From the NCBI GenBank assembly GCA_049890115.1, contig JBMHCC010000002.1, positions 4,789 to 68,788 on the forward strand: a stretch of DNA of 64,000 nucleotides. The letters run 5' to 3'. The notes below the pieces were generated by a model, which saw nothing but the letters and a program-made list of their open reading frames with translations, was not told the origin of the DNA and did not search any database. Of the stretch, positions 40,498-48,969 are shown piece after piece. Positions within the stretch are counted from its first letter, which is position 1. Each line of letters opens with the position of its first letter. Both the position numbers and the translations under genes were made by a program. This stretch comes from Candidatus Puniceispirillaceae bacterium. GTDB taxonomy: Bacteria; Pseudomonadota; Alphaproteobacteria; Puniceispirillales; Puniceispirillaceae.

Positions 40498-40854
40498 ATG
40501 CTCACAATTTTTGATTCTGTTATCAAAGATAAAGGTTCAAAATATGCTGTTTCAGGGGCAAAGGTGCATTCTAGAGAAGATATTGAGGCAGTCTTAAAAG
40601 AACTGAAAACCAACCGAAAATTTGCCAAAGCAACTCATAATAGCTGGGGTGCTATTTTATCAGATGGCGGCTTTGTGAAACAAGATGATGGCGAGGCAGG
40701 CGCTGGTATGGTCATTTTGCGAATGCTTGAGCGTGAAAATCTGAGCGATCATCTTATCATCGTCACACGCTGGTATGGCGGCACCAAATTAGGCGGTGAC
40801 CGATTCAGGCATGTGCAAGAATGCGTGAAGCATTATCTTGCACATTATCGCTAA
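40498..40854 (+). CDS. YigZ/IMPACT-family (UPF0029) N-terminal-domain protein, short form
   Basis: 118 aa. KGSKYAVSG..ATHNSWG..DDGEAGAG..VTRWYGGTKLG matches the UPF0029 domain. Starts 2 nt after the betA stop. Confidence 0.7.
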   Translation: MLTIFDSVIKDKGSKYAVSGAKVHSREDIEAVLKELKTNRKFAKATHNSWGAILSDGGFVKQDDGEAGAGMVILRMLERENLSDHLIIVTRWYGGTKLGGDRFRHVQECVKHYLAHYR

Positions 40855-40872
40855 GCATTTCAGTTTCTGTGT

Positions 40873-41268
40873 CTATAAAATGGCAAGGGACCCTAGAATA
40901 ATCAATAATTGCGATACTAGGAAACCAGCATCAACCAACCATAATTTATGTGACCCACCTCTGAAAATCGTTCCTGTATGTGTGCCAACAATGATCGCTA
41001 TTGCCAACAGGCCGACAGCTTCGATTTGATAGGCCGTTAGCAATAACGCAATGACAGATGCCATTAATAGTGAATCTACCACAGATGATGCCATGCCAAG
41101 TGCCATCCCCTTTTGCATGCCAAACCCATCTGGATTTTTGATATGAGGCTGCTCATTCGCCCAAATTGTGCCGAAAATTTTAGGGTGATACCAGATCATA
41201 CCAAAACCAAAAGCCAGAATTGAACCAACAATTATGGCAAGGCCATTTGCCTGAATAACGGTAATCAT
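40873..41268 (-). CDS. DUF1761-like small membrane protein
   Basis: 131 aa, 4 predicted TM helices. The N-terminal GFGMIWYHPKIFGTIW motif resembles DUF1761. Confidence 0.6.
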   Translation of the reverse strand: MITVIQANGLAIIVGSILAFGFGMIWYHPKIFGTIWANEQPHIKNPDGFGMQKGMALGMASSVVDSLLMASVIALLLTAYQIEAVGLLAIAIIVGTHTGTIFRGGSHKLWLVDAGFLVSQLLIILGSLAIL

Positions 41269-41437
41269 TGAACCTCTCCTTTTATTGTTGCGCTAGGCTC
41301 TCATTATCAGCTGATTCATCTTTATCTGCAAAATGCACTGGTTTTGATGGGCTGACAGCTGATGCTTGATCATAAAAGGCAAGCTTTCTATCATTGAAAC
41401 TAGATAATAGAGCAAAGCAGCAAAAAGGATAGCAAGC

Positions 41438-42307
41438 ATGGATAAGCAGCCAACGCAATTTACCTGGCAAGGTTCATCAACAGCACAAATGGTTTCTGCT
41501 TTTCATAAAGATGGCTATTTGATGCTTCATGATTTTGCCAACCATGATGAATGTGATGCGCTAATGCAACAGGCTGACAAGCTGATTGATGAATTTGATG
41601 CTGCTAAGCATAAGATAGTATTTTCAGCTTCTGGTCAGTCACATGCGGCAAGTGACTATTTCATGAAATCAGCTAGCAATATTTCTTTTTTTCTAGAGCA
41701 AGGTGCGGTTGATGATGATGGTAATCTTATCAAAGATAAGGCAAAGGCGATTAATAAAATTGGTCATGCCCTACATGATTTAGATCCCCATTATCGGCAG
41801 TTTTCGCGCAAAGCAGAATTAGCTGATCTGGCACAGGCGATAGGATTTCAAAACCCACTATTATTGCAGTCTATGGTGATTTGCAAACAGCCTCTGATTG
41901 GCGGTGAGGTTAACCCACATCAAGATTCCACCTTTTTATATACAGAGCCTGAAAGCTGTGTTGGCTTCTGGTTAGCACTAGAGGATGCGACCATTGAAAA
42001 TGGCTGTATGTGGGCATCTGAAGGTAGTCATAATGGCCCGCTATTATCGCGCTTTGTCAGAGCGCAAGATGGCATGAAAATGGTTGAAAATGAAGCTGGC
42101 ATCATGCCTGAATGTGATGTGCCATTAATCGCGCCAAAAGGGACACTTATCTTGCTTCATGGCAGGTTGCCTCATCTATCGCCAGCTAACCATTCTAAAA
42201 GATCGCGCTATGCTTATGCGCTTCATGTGATAGATGGCGCGGCTGATTATGCGGCTGATAATTGGCTGCAACGTCCAGATGATTTTGCCTTGTCAGGTTT
42301 TGCTTAA
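41438..42307 (+). CDS. Phytanoyl-CoA dioxygenase (PhyH) family Fe(II)/2OG oxygenase
   Basis: 289 aa. FHKDGYLML N-terminus, HQD iron ligands (NPHQDSTF), and distal His/Arg region (HLSPANHSKRSRYAY). Confidence 0.8.
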   Translation: MDKQPTQFTWQGSSTAQMVSAFHKDGYLMLHDFANHDECDALMQQADKLIDEFDAAKHKIVFSASGQSHAASDYFMKSASNISFFLEQGAVDDDGNLIKDKAKAINKIGHALHDLDPHYRQFSRKAELADLAQAIGFQNPLLLQSMVICKQPLIGGEVNPHQDSTFLYTEPESCVGFWLALEDATIENGCMWASEGSHNGPLLSRFVRAQDGMKMVENEAGIMPECDVPLIAPKGTLILLHGRLPHLSPANHSKRSRYAYALHVIDGAADYAADNWLQRPDDFALSGFA

Positions 42308-42314
42308 AAGGCGG

Positions 42315-43232
42315 CTAGAGTTGCGCATAGGCTTTCGCAATTTTGGCAGCCACAAGTGCATTATTCATCACAAGTGCCTGATTGGTAATTAATGATCGCC
42401 CCATCGTATCTTGTCTGATGCAATCAAGCAAAAAGGGCGTAACAGCTTTGCCTGAAATCCCTTTTTCAAAGGCAGTGGCCAATGCTTTATCAATCACAGC
42501 TTTTAGATCATCTGCAGGTATATCACTATCTTCTGGGACAGGATTAGCGATTAATAACCCGCCTTTCAGGCCAGCTTGCCATTTGATTTTCATAATGGCT
42601 GCTATATCCTCAGCACTATCAGCGCGGTCATGTAACATGATACCAGAATGGCGTGACCAGAAAGCAGGCAACTCATTTGTCTGATAGCCAATCACTGGCA
42701 CACCAGCTGTTTCAAGATATTCCATGGTTAGGGCCAGATCCAAAATTGCCTTTGGACCAGCACTAATCACAGCGACATTTGTCTGGGCTAATTCAGGTAA
42801 ATCAGCTGATATGTCGAAATCTGTTTCTGCACCTCTGTGAACGCCGCCAATGCCGCCAGTGGCAAAGACTGATATACCTGCCATTTCAGCAAAAATCATC
42901 GTGGCAGCAACAGTGGTTGCCCCGTGACCGCCTCTGGCAATGACAGATGCGATATCACGTCTGCTGACTTTTGTGACATCCATTTGCGGGTCTGATAATC
43001 TGTCCAGATCATCCTTGCCAAGGCCAATTTTGACAATGCCATCAAGGATAGCAATGGTGGCAGGGACAGCGCCTTCTTTGCGGACTGTTTCTTCGATATC
43101 TCTGGCAGTGGCTCTGTTTTCCGGGAAAGGCAGGCCATGCGAAATAATGGTTGATTCCAATGCCACAACAGCTTTGTTCTGTGCAAGGGCTGCGGCAATT
43201 TCTGGCTGGATATCAAGTGGCAAAGACATCAA
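42315..43232 (-). CDS. psuG: Pseudouridine-5'-phosphate glycosidase
   Basis: 305 aa, collinear with YeiN/PsuG: VALESTIISHGLPFP, GAVPATIAI, TKVSRRD, GATTVAATM, FATGGIGGVHRGAE.FDISADL. Confidence 0.93.
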   Translation of the reverse strand: MMSLPLDIQPEIAAALAQNKAVVALESTIISHGLPFPENRATARDIEETVRKEGAVPATIAILDGIVKIGLGKDDLDRLSDPQMDVTKVSRRDIASVIARGGHGATTVAATMIFAEMAGISVFATGGIGGVHRGAETDFDISADLPELAQTNVAVISAGPKAILDLALTMEYLETAGVPVIGYQTNELPAFWSRHSGIMLHDRADSAEDIAAIMKIKWQAGLKGGLLIANPVPEDSDIPADDLKAVIDKALATAFEKGISGKAVTPFLLDCIRQDTMGRSLITNQALVMNNALVAAKIAKAYAQL

Positions 43233-43242
43233 TGTTTTTGTC

Positions 43243-44193
43243 CTACTCTGTCAGATGTTCCTTTGTCAGGAAGGGATTAACAGGTGCTTGTGATAATGTG
43301 GCATAATAGGCAGCTTTGGCAGCCATCATCGCTATTATAGCAGGTGGCTGCTGGTTGGAAAGTGCGAATAAAGCACCAGCAAGTAACGCATCTCCTGCGC
43401 CTGACAAGGTGGCGTTTTCTGCTCTGATCATGTTCACGCTTTGGGTGAATGCCACTGCTTCAAGGGCTGGTTGATTGATTGTTTCATCCTTGTTGCCATA
43501 GCAAAAGCCGCTGCTGCCATGGCTTAATAAAATATGTGATAGGCCTTTTGCCAAGAATGTATCTGCCAGCTTGTTTAGCGATGTTGTCGCTGGCATATCA
43601 GCAAGGGTGCAGGCTTCATCAAAATTGCCTTTCAGCATATCAAAAGCATCAAGATAAGGTGCAAAGCGCATGGCTTTATGTGCTGAGACACAATCACCAC
43701 ATAATAGCTGTTTTTCTGATTTCATCTCGGCAATTATGGCAATGGAATCTGCTGGCAGATTAGCATCAATAATGATGATATCAGCTTGCGTTATGGCAGC
43801 TTCTTTGGTTTTAAGAAAACGACTATCTAGGCGGTCAATCAGCGGCATTTGGTTAATCGCAGATATTAACTCACCATCAGGGTGATGCAGGCTGAGATAG
43901 CAATCTGCAGAATGGTTTGCAACTGTCAGACATTCTGTCAGCATAATATCAAGGCCAGCTAGTTTGTCTTTTAATGCATGACTATTCTGGCAGTCACCAA
44001 AGGTTGAGATAAGGCGTATCTGACAATCAAGGCGTGCCAGATTTTCAGCAATATTGCGTGCGACCCCGCCATGATGAGAGGTGATTGTGCCAGGATGAGA
44101 ATCAGCAATGATTTCAGGCGGCGTACATGCATGGCCTGTTATGTCGATATTTGCACCGCCAATAATTAAAAATGTTGGAGCATTGCTTGGCAT
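43243..44193 (-). CDS. psuK: Pseudouridine kinase (PfkB family)
   Basis: 316 aa, collinear with YeiC/PsuK: IIGGANIDITG, GGVARNIAENLA, and a late GAGDAL motif. The ATG overlaps the maiA stop (TAATG). Confidence 0.85.
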   Translation of the reverse strand: MPSNAPTFLIIGGANIDITGHACTPPEIIADSHPGTITSHHGGVARNIAENLARLDCQIRLISTFGDCQNSHALKDKLAGLDIMLTECLTVANHSADCYLSLHHPDGELISAINQMPLIDRLDSRFLKTKEAAITQADIIIIDANLPADSIAIIAEMKSEKQLLCGDCVSAHKAMRFAPYLDAFDMLKGNFDEACTLADMPATTSLNKLADTFLAKGLSHILLSHGSSGFCYGNKDETINQPALEAVAFTQSVNMIRAENATLSGAGDALLAGALFALSNQQPPAIIAMMAAKAAYYATLSQAPVNPFLTKEHLTE

Positions 44194-44831
44194 TATAGTG
44201 CCTTTTCAGGGTGAGCATTTAAAAAAGCTGGCAATTCGGCACAAGCTGCTTCAGCACGGCAAATAGCAGGGCAATCTGTATAATCAATCCCCCATCTTGC
44301 GGCGTTATAAAGCTGTGGTATCAAGCAAATATCAGCCATGGTCACAATGCTGCCAGCACAAAAAGGCCCTTCATCAATTTGAAAATCAGCTTTGGTAATC
44401 AGCTCTTCAAATGCCATCAGGCCAGGTTTGATAAAATGATGCATCCATTGTGTGCGTGCTGGCTCTTCACCGCCTGTCGCATGACGTATCACAGATAAAT
44501 TACATACAGGATGGATATCAACGGCAATCGCCATTGCCGCAGCCTGAATATGGGCTTTGGCAATCGCATCATCTGGCCAGAGATAAAGGCCTCTTGTCTT
44601 ATGAAGATAGTCTAAAATAGCCAGTGACTGCGTCAACATAACACCATCAATCGCTAAAGCAGGAACCAGACCTTGCGGATTACGTGCTAGATGGTGTGTT
44701 TGTTTATGAGTGCCAGATAACAAATTGACCAGCTCTGTTTGATAGGGCAGCTCAAGCAGGTTTAACGCTATTCTGACCCGATAGCTGGCAGATGATTTTG
44801 GATAATCATATAAAATAATGTCATCACTCAT
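44193..44831 (-). CDS. maiA: Maleylacetoacetate isomerase (zeta-class GST)
   Basis: 212 aa. LYDYPKSSASYRVRIALNL and NPQGLVPAL motifs of GST-zeta. It lies in the homogentisate operon. Confidence 0.88.
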   Translation of the reverse strand: MSDDIILYDYPKSSASYRVRIALNLLELPYQTELVNLLSGTHKQTHHLARNPQGLVPALAIDGVMLTQSLAILDYLHKTRGLYLWPDDAIAKAHIQAAAMAIAVDIHPVCNLSVIRHATGGEEPARTQWMHHFIKPGLMAFEELITKADFQIDEGPFCAGSIVTMADICLIPQLYNAARWGIDYTDCPAICRAEAACAELPAFLNAHPEKAL

Positions 44832-45024
44832 AAAGGCTGGCTTCCTTCAAGATGGCTTGCAAGGTTGCTAGATCTCCAATTTGATTTGCCATCATTAGCA
44901 CAAGGCGCGCATTAAGCGCATGGCTATCAGCTTCTGTCAGACCATCATGTGCCCTCATAAGCGCTTCATAAAATAGATCGCCATCTGTGCCTAATTTATC
45001 ATCGCCAATTGCTAAGCCTGTCAT
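44824..45024 (-). CDS. DUF2783-like small protein (possible hydroxylase coupling protein)
   Basis: 66 aa. The FYEALMRAHDGL..LNARLVLMMANQIGD pattern resembles DUF2783. It overlaps the maiA start by 8 nt and follows the monooxygenase by 27 nt. Confidence 0.6.
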   Translation of the reverse strand: MTGLAIGDDKLGTDGDLFYEALMRAHDGLTEADSHALNARLVLMMANQIGDLATLQAILKEASLYE

Positions 45025-45051
45025 GATATCTCAGTCCTTTTCGGTTATCAT

Positions 45052-46656
45052 TTAATAGCCTCTGGCCTTATCAAAAGCTGCCATGATTGCAGCTTTATCA
45101 GCTGTTTCAAAAGAGGCTGCGATATGACCATCTGGCCGAATAAGATATAGCGCATCACGCCCATAACGTTCAGCGATGAAATCGACATCTCCATGATAGC
45201 ATGGGTAATCATCATCGCTCTGGTTCAGGCCAATACGGGCAATGCCTTCACAATAAGGTGCCTTTAAATCGCCAATCGCCAGCAAGGTGAAGCCAGCAGG
45301 CAAAAGCGAGATCAGCCATTGATTATCCTGCAAAGGAACATCTTTTACCGCAGTGCCAACCATTGCTTGGCAAGGGCCATCTGTTTGCAGTGACAGACCA
45401 GCTAGCGAACATGGCAAAGACAGCCTGCCTGAATTAATCAATTTGCGCGCAAAAGGCATCGTGCTAGCTAGTTTTAACACCTCATTGCGGAATAGCATTT
45501 CCACAGGTGATTTTGGCGTCATAAAATTGGTTGCTCGTGCTGAATTGGCGATGTTTTCAGCGGCACCATGACCACGTTCTTCATCATAGCTAGCAAGGAT
45601 GGATGGGGCGGCTGTGCCATCTATCAAGGCTGCTAATTTCCAACAAAGATTATCAATATCATGAATGCCGCCATTACCACCTCTGGCACCAAAGGGCGAG
45701 ACAACATGGGCACTATCACCAGCAAAAATCACTCTGCCATGAACAAATTCTTCCATGCTAGCACAGCGGAATTGATAAATGCTCATCCAATCCAAGGTAA
45801 AAGGCTTATCACCTAAGATGGCTTGGATGCGTGGTATGACCTGTTCAGGGTCATTTTCTTTATCTGTGTCAGCATCTGGGCCAAGCTGTAAATCAATTCT
45901 GTAAATATTATCTGGCTGCTGATGAAGCAAGGCAGATTGGCCGTTGTGAAAGGGAGGCTGAAACCAAAACCACCGCTCTGGTGTTTGTGTTTCAAAAGGC
46001 GTTTGATCTGTTTCAATATCAGCTATCAGGAATTTTTCATTAAATGACTGGCCTTCAAAAGATAGCCCCATACGTTGTCTGGTTGGTGAGTTCGCACCAT
46101 CACATGCAATGATATAATCTGACTCTAGCTGATAGGTGCCATCTGGAGTTGTGATATCCAGCGTTACATAATCACCATGATCATGATGATTGGTCACCTT
46201 GTTTTTAAAGCGCAAATCGATCAGATCAGGAAAATCACCAGCACGTTCAATCAGATATTCTTCGACATAATATTGTTGTAAATTAATGAAGGCAGGATAT
46301 TTATGACCCTGCTCTGGCAGCAAATCAAAATGATAGACTTCCCGATCATGATGAAATAACCGGCCAGTTTGCCAGACTACGCCTTTCTCAAGCATCTTCG
46401 TGCCAATGCCAAGGCGATCGAAAATCTCTAAGGTGCGTTTTGCCCAGCAAATAGCACGCGAGCCAACAGACACAACATTATTATCATCAAGCACAAGGCA
46501 CGGGATATTGCGCATCGCAAGATCAATCGCCAAGGCAAGGCCAATCGGCCCAGCACCAATGATAATCACCTTATGACGTGGTTCAGCAGCAGATAGGCCA
46601 GCTGGCTTTACATAATCAAAAATCTGATAATCATAAGATGCCATAATTGGGGTCAC
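45052..46656 (-). CDS. FAD-dependent aromatic-ring monooxygenase (PheA/TfdB/MhpA class)
   Basis: 534 aa. VIIIGAGPIGLALAIDL dinucleotide fold, DG motif region (CDGANSPTR) and GD motif (IFAGDSAHVVSPFGARGGN). The start may be ATG 46644. Confidence 0.85.
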   Translation of the reverse strand: MTPIMASYDYQIFDYVKPAGLSAAEPRHKVIIIGAGPIGLALAIDLAMRNIPCLVLDDNNVVSVGSRAICWAKRTLEIFDRLGIGTKMLEKGVVWQTGRLFHHDREVYHFDLLPEQGHKYPAFINLQQYYVEEYLIERAGDFPDLIDLRFKNKVTNHHDHGDYVTLDITTPDGTYQLESDYIIACDGANSPTRQRMGLSFEGQSFNEKFLIADIETDQTPFETQTPERWFWFQPPFHNGQSALLHQQPDNIYRIDLQLGPDADTDKENDPEQVIPRIQAILGDKPFTLDWMSIYQFRCASMEEFVHGRVIFAGDSAHVVSPFGARGGNGGIHDIDNLCWKLAALIDGTAAPSILASYDEERGHGAAENIANSARATNFMTPKSPVEMLFRNEVLKLASTMPFARKLINSGRLSLPCSLAGLSLQTDGPCQAMVGTAVKDVPLQDNQWLISLLPAGFTLLAIGDLKAPYCEGIARIGLNQSDDDYPCYHGDVDFIAERYGRDALYLIRPDGHIAASFETADKAAIMAAFDKARGY

Positions 46657-46753
46657 TCACGCAAAGCGGCATATATCAGCGAGCTATGCCACTATTTATA
46701 ATTACATTCTGCTCATTCTTTAATGTTGCCCATACTTTAGTTCTGCCCATTCT

Positions 46754-47704
46754 TTAGTTCTGTAAGGCTTCCCACATTTGCCTATCACGTTCTGCTGTCC
46801 AAATGCGCGGTGTGTCAATTCCAGATGCTTCATCAAAGGCACGTGCCACATTGAAGGGCAGGCAATGTTCATAAATAGCATAGCTTGAGAATTTCGGGTC
46901 ACAAGCCTCACGCACAGCGTCAAAGGCATCTTTTAGATTGCCGCCTCTGGCAGCAATTTTGGCAGCTGGCTGATAGGTCGATGTCACAAAATCTCTGGTA
47001 TTTTCAATCGCATCATTGACCATTTTTTTGCCAATAAGGGCATCACCACGCCCTGGGGCAATCGCATCAACATCAAAGGTTTTAATGGCATCCAATGTGC
47101 CGCCCCAATCATTGAAATGCCCATCACCGCAATAGCAGGCAGAATGATACTCAACAATATCACCTGTAAACATGACATTTTGATCTGGCACATGAATGAC
47201 AATATCACCAGCAGTATGAGCCCTGCCAAGATGACGCAAATCAACACGGCGATTACCCAAATAAACAGTCATATTGTCTGAAAAGGTAGTGGTTGGCCAG
47301 GTCAAGCCAGGGATAGATTCATGGCCTTCAAATAGGCGCGGAAAGCGGCCAAATTCACTATCCCAATCTTCTTTGCCGCGCTCAACTACCATAGAGCGAG
47401 CCTTATCCGACATGATAATTTGCGATGCATCAAAGGCAGAGGCACCAAGCACACGAACCGCATGATAATGTGTTAGCACTAGATGGCTGATAGGCTTGTC
47501 AGTGACTTGTCTGACACAATCAATGACTTTTTGTGCCAGACGTGGTGTGGCTTGTGCTTCGATAATCATGACGCTGTCATCACCGATAATCACACCTGAA
47601 TTTGGGTCACCTTCAGCTGTGAACGCATAAAGGCCATCACCAATTTCAGTAAAGCTGATTGTCTTTTCGCTGAGATCACCTTGTGATGCGAATGATTTTG
47701 TCAT
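46754..47704 (-). CDS. Metallo-beta-lactamase-fold (MBL-fold) protein with an atypical metal motif
   Basis: 316 aa. MBL-fold layout, but motif 2 reads THYHAVR instead of HxHxDH. Later AHTAGD and FTGD motifs are present. Confidence 0.7.
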   Translation of the reverse strand: MTKSFASQGDLSEKTISFTEIGDGLYAFTAEGDPNSGVIIGDDSVMIIEAQATPRLAQKVIDCVRQVTDKPISHLVLTHYHAVRVLGASAFDASQIIMSDKARSMVVERGKEDWDSEFGRFPRLFEGHESIPGLTWPTTTFSDNMTVYLGNRRVDLRHLGRAHTAGDIVIHVPDQNVMFTGDIVEYHSACYCGDGHFNDWGGTLDAIKTFDVDAIAPGRGDALIGKKMVNDAIENTRDFVTSTYQPAAKIAARGGNLKDAFDAVREACDPKFSSYAIYEHCLPFNVARAFDEASGIDTPRIWTAERDRQMWEALQN

Positions 47705-47716
47705 TTTCGGTTTCCT

Positions 47717-48958
47717 TTATCTTTTGACTGCTGGCAATAAGGCACCAGAACAGCTGCCAAATCCTATCTGATAGCCATCACCTTCTGCCCAGCCCTCTAG
47801 CGTGATGATATCATGATCTTCAATAAATGACCGCTCACAATTTGGGCTGATGGTAATAGGCTCTTTGCCACCCCAAGATAGCTCAAGCAAGCTGCCACGA
47901 TTTTGTCTCTCAGGGCCTGATATTGTCCCAGATCCTATCAGGTCACCTGTGCGCATGGGACAGCCAGAGCTAGCATGATGGGCAAGTTGTTGGGCTGAGG
48001 AATAATACATTTCGCTATAATTAGTGCGGGTGATTTCAGCCTCATCACCGTCTTTGCTTTGCAGGCTAACTGACAGGTGAATATCATAGAGCATAGGCCC
48101 TGTATCTTTGATGTGATCAAGCAATGGTTCAATGCGTTCTGGTGTCATTACACGGAACGGCTCTAACGCTGCTCTTGTGACAATCCAGGGTGAAATGCTT
48201 GTCGCTGTTGCTTTGGCTTGAAAGGGACCTAGCGGTTGATATTCCCATGCTTGAATATCTCTGGCAGACCAATCATTGAGCAAAACATAGCCAAAAATCA
48301 TATCATCTGCTTCATCAACACTGACAGGCCCTGTGCTTGATTTGCCAACTAAGGCGCCCATTTCAAGTTCAAAATCAAAGCGATTTGATGGCGCAAAAAC
48401 AGGCTTATCAGCTGTTGGTGGCTTTAGCTGACCATAGGGGCGGGTGATAGGCGTGCCTGATATCATCACAGATGAGGCTCTGCCATTATAGCCGATGGGG
48501 ATATGCAGCCAATTTGGTGGCAAGGCATTTTCTGCCCCTCTGAACATTGTGCCAACATTGGTTGCATGATGGCGGCCAGCGTAAAAATCGGTGTACTCAG
48601 AAATCTGGCATGGCAGATGCATGGTGGCATCAGTTTGCTTGACCATCAGATGAGACAGCTTTTCAGCATCTGCACCATCTTGTAACAATGCAATGATATG
48701 ATTTCGAAATGCCTGCCAGATAGATTGATCAGCTGCCATCAGCTTGTTCCAATAAGGCACATCACAATAAGGCCCGCCTGTGATATCTATCAGCCCTTCT
48801 GTCTCAGCAGTGCGGCAATCAAAAATCATATCACCAATGGCAATACCGCATGATGGCTCATGCGTATCTGATGAAAACACACCATAAGGCAAGTTATTTA
48901 AGGGGAAGGGACAGTCAGGCAGATTAGCTGAGGCAAGCCAGCTTTTTTGTAACGGCAT
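47717..48958 (-). CDS. fahA: Fumarylacetoacetase
   Basis: 413 aa. FAH N-terminal domain (FGIAIGD) and catalytic core (GYVLLNDWSARDIQAWEYQPLGPF, GDLIGSGTISG). Confidence 0.92.
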   Translation of the reverse strand: MPLQKSWLASANLPDCPFPLNNLPYGVFSSDTHEPSCGIAIGDMIFDCRTAETEGLIDITGGPYCDVPYWNKLMAADQSIWQAFRNHIIALLQDGADAEKLSHLMVKQTDATMHLPCQISEYTDFYAGRHHATNVGTMFRGAENALPPNWLHIPIGYNGRASSVMISGTPITRPYGQLKPPTADKPVFAPSNRFDFELEMGALVGKSSTGPVSVDEADDMIFGYVLLNDWSARDIQAWEYQPLGPFQAKATATSISPWIVTRAALEPFRVMTPERIEPLLDHIKDTGPMLYDIHLSVSLQSKDGDEAEITRTNYSEMYYSSAQQLAHHASSGCPMRTGDLIGSGTISGPERQNRGSLLELSWGGKEPITISPNCERSFIEDHDIITLEGWAEGDGYQIGFGSCSGALLPAVKR

Positions 48959-48969
48959 TTTTTTGTCTC

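Noticed and set aside
41282-41470. 62-aa minus-strand ORF between DUF1761 and the PhyH gene
   Set aside because: It overlaps the PhyH start and the divergent promoter region. It has no RBS and no recognisable sequence.
46720-46929. 69-aa minus-strand ORF at the MBL/monooxygenase junction
   Set aside because: It is an alternative frame overlapping the 3' end of the MBL gene. The 97-nt gap is better explained as intergenic.
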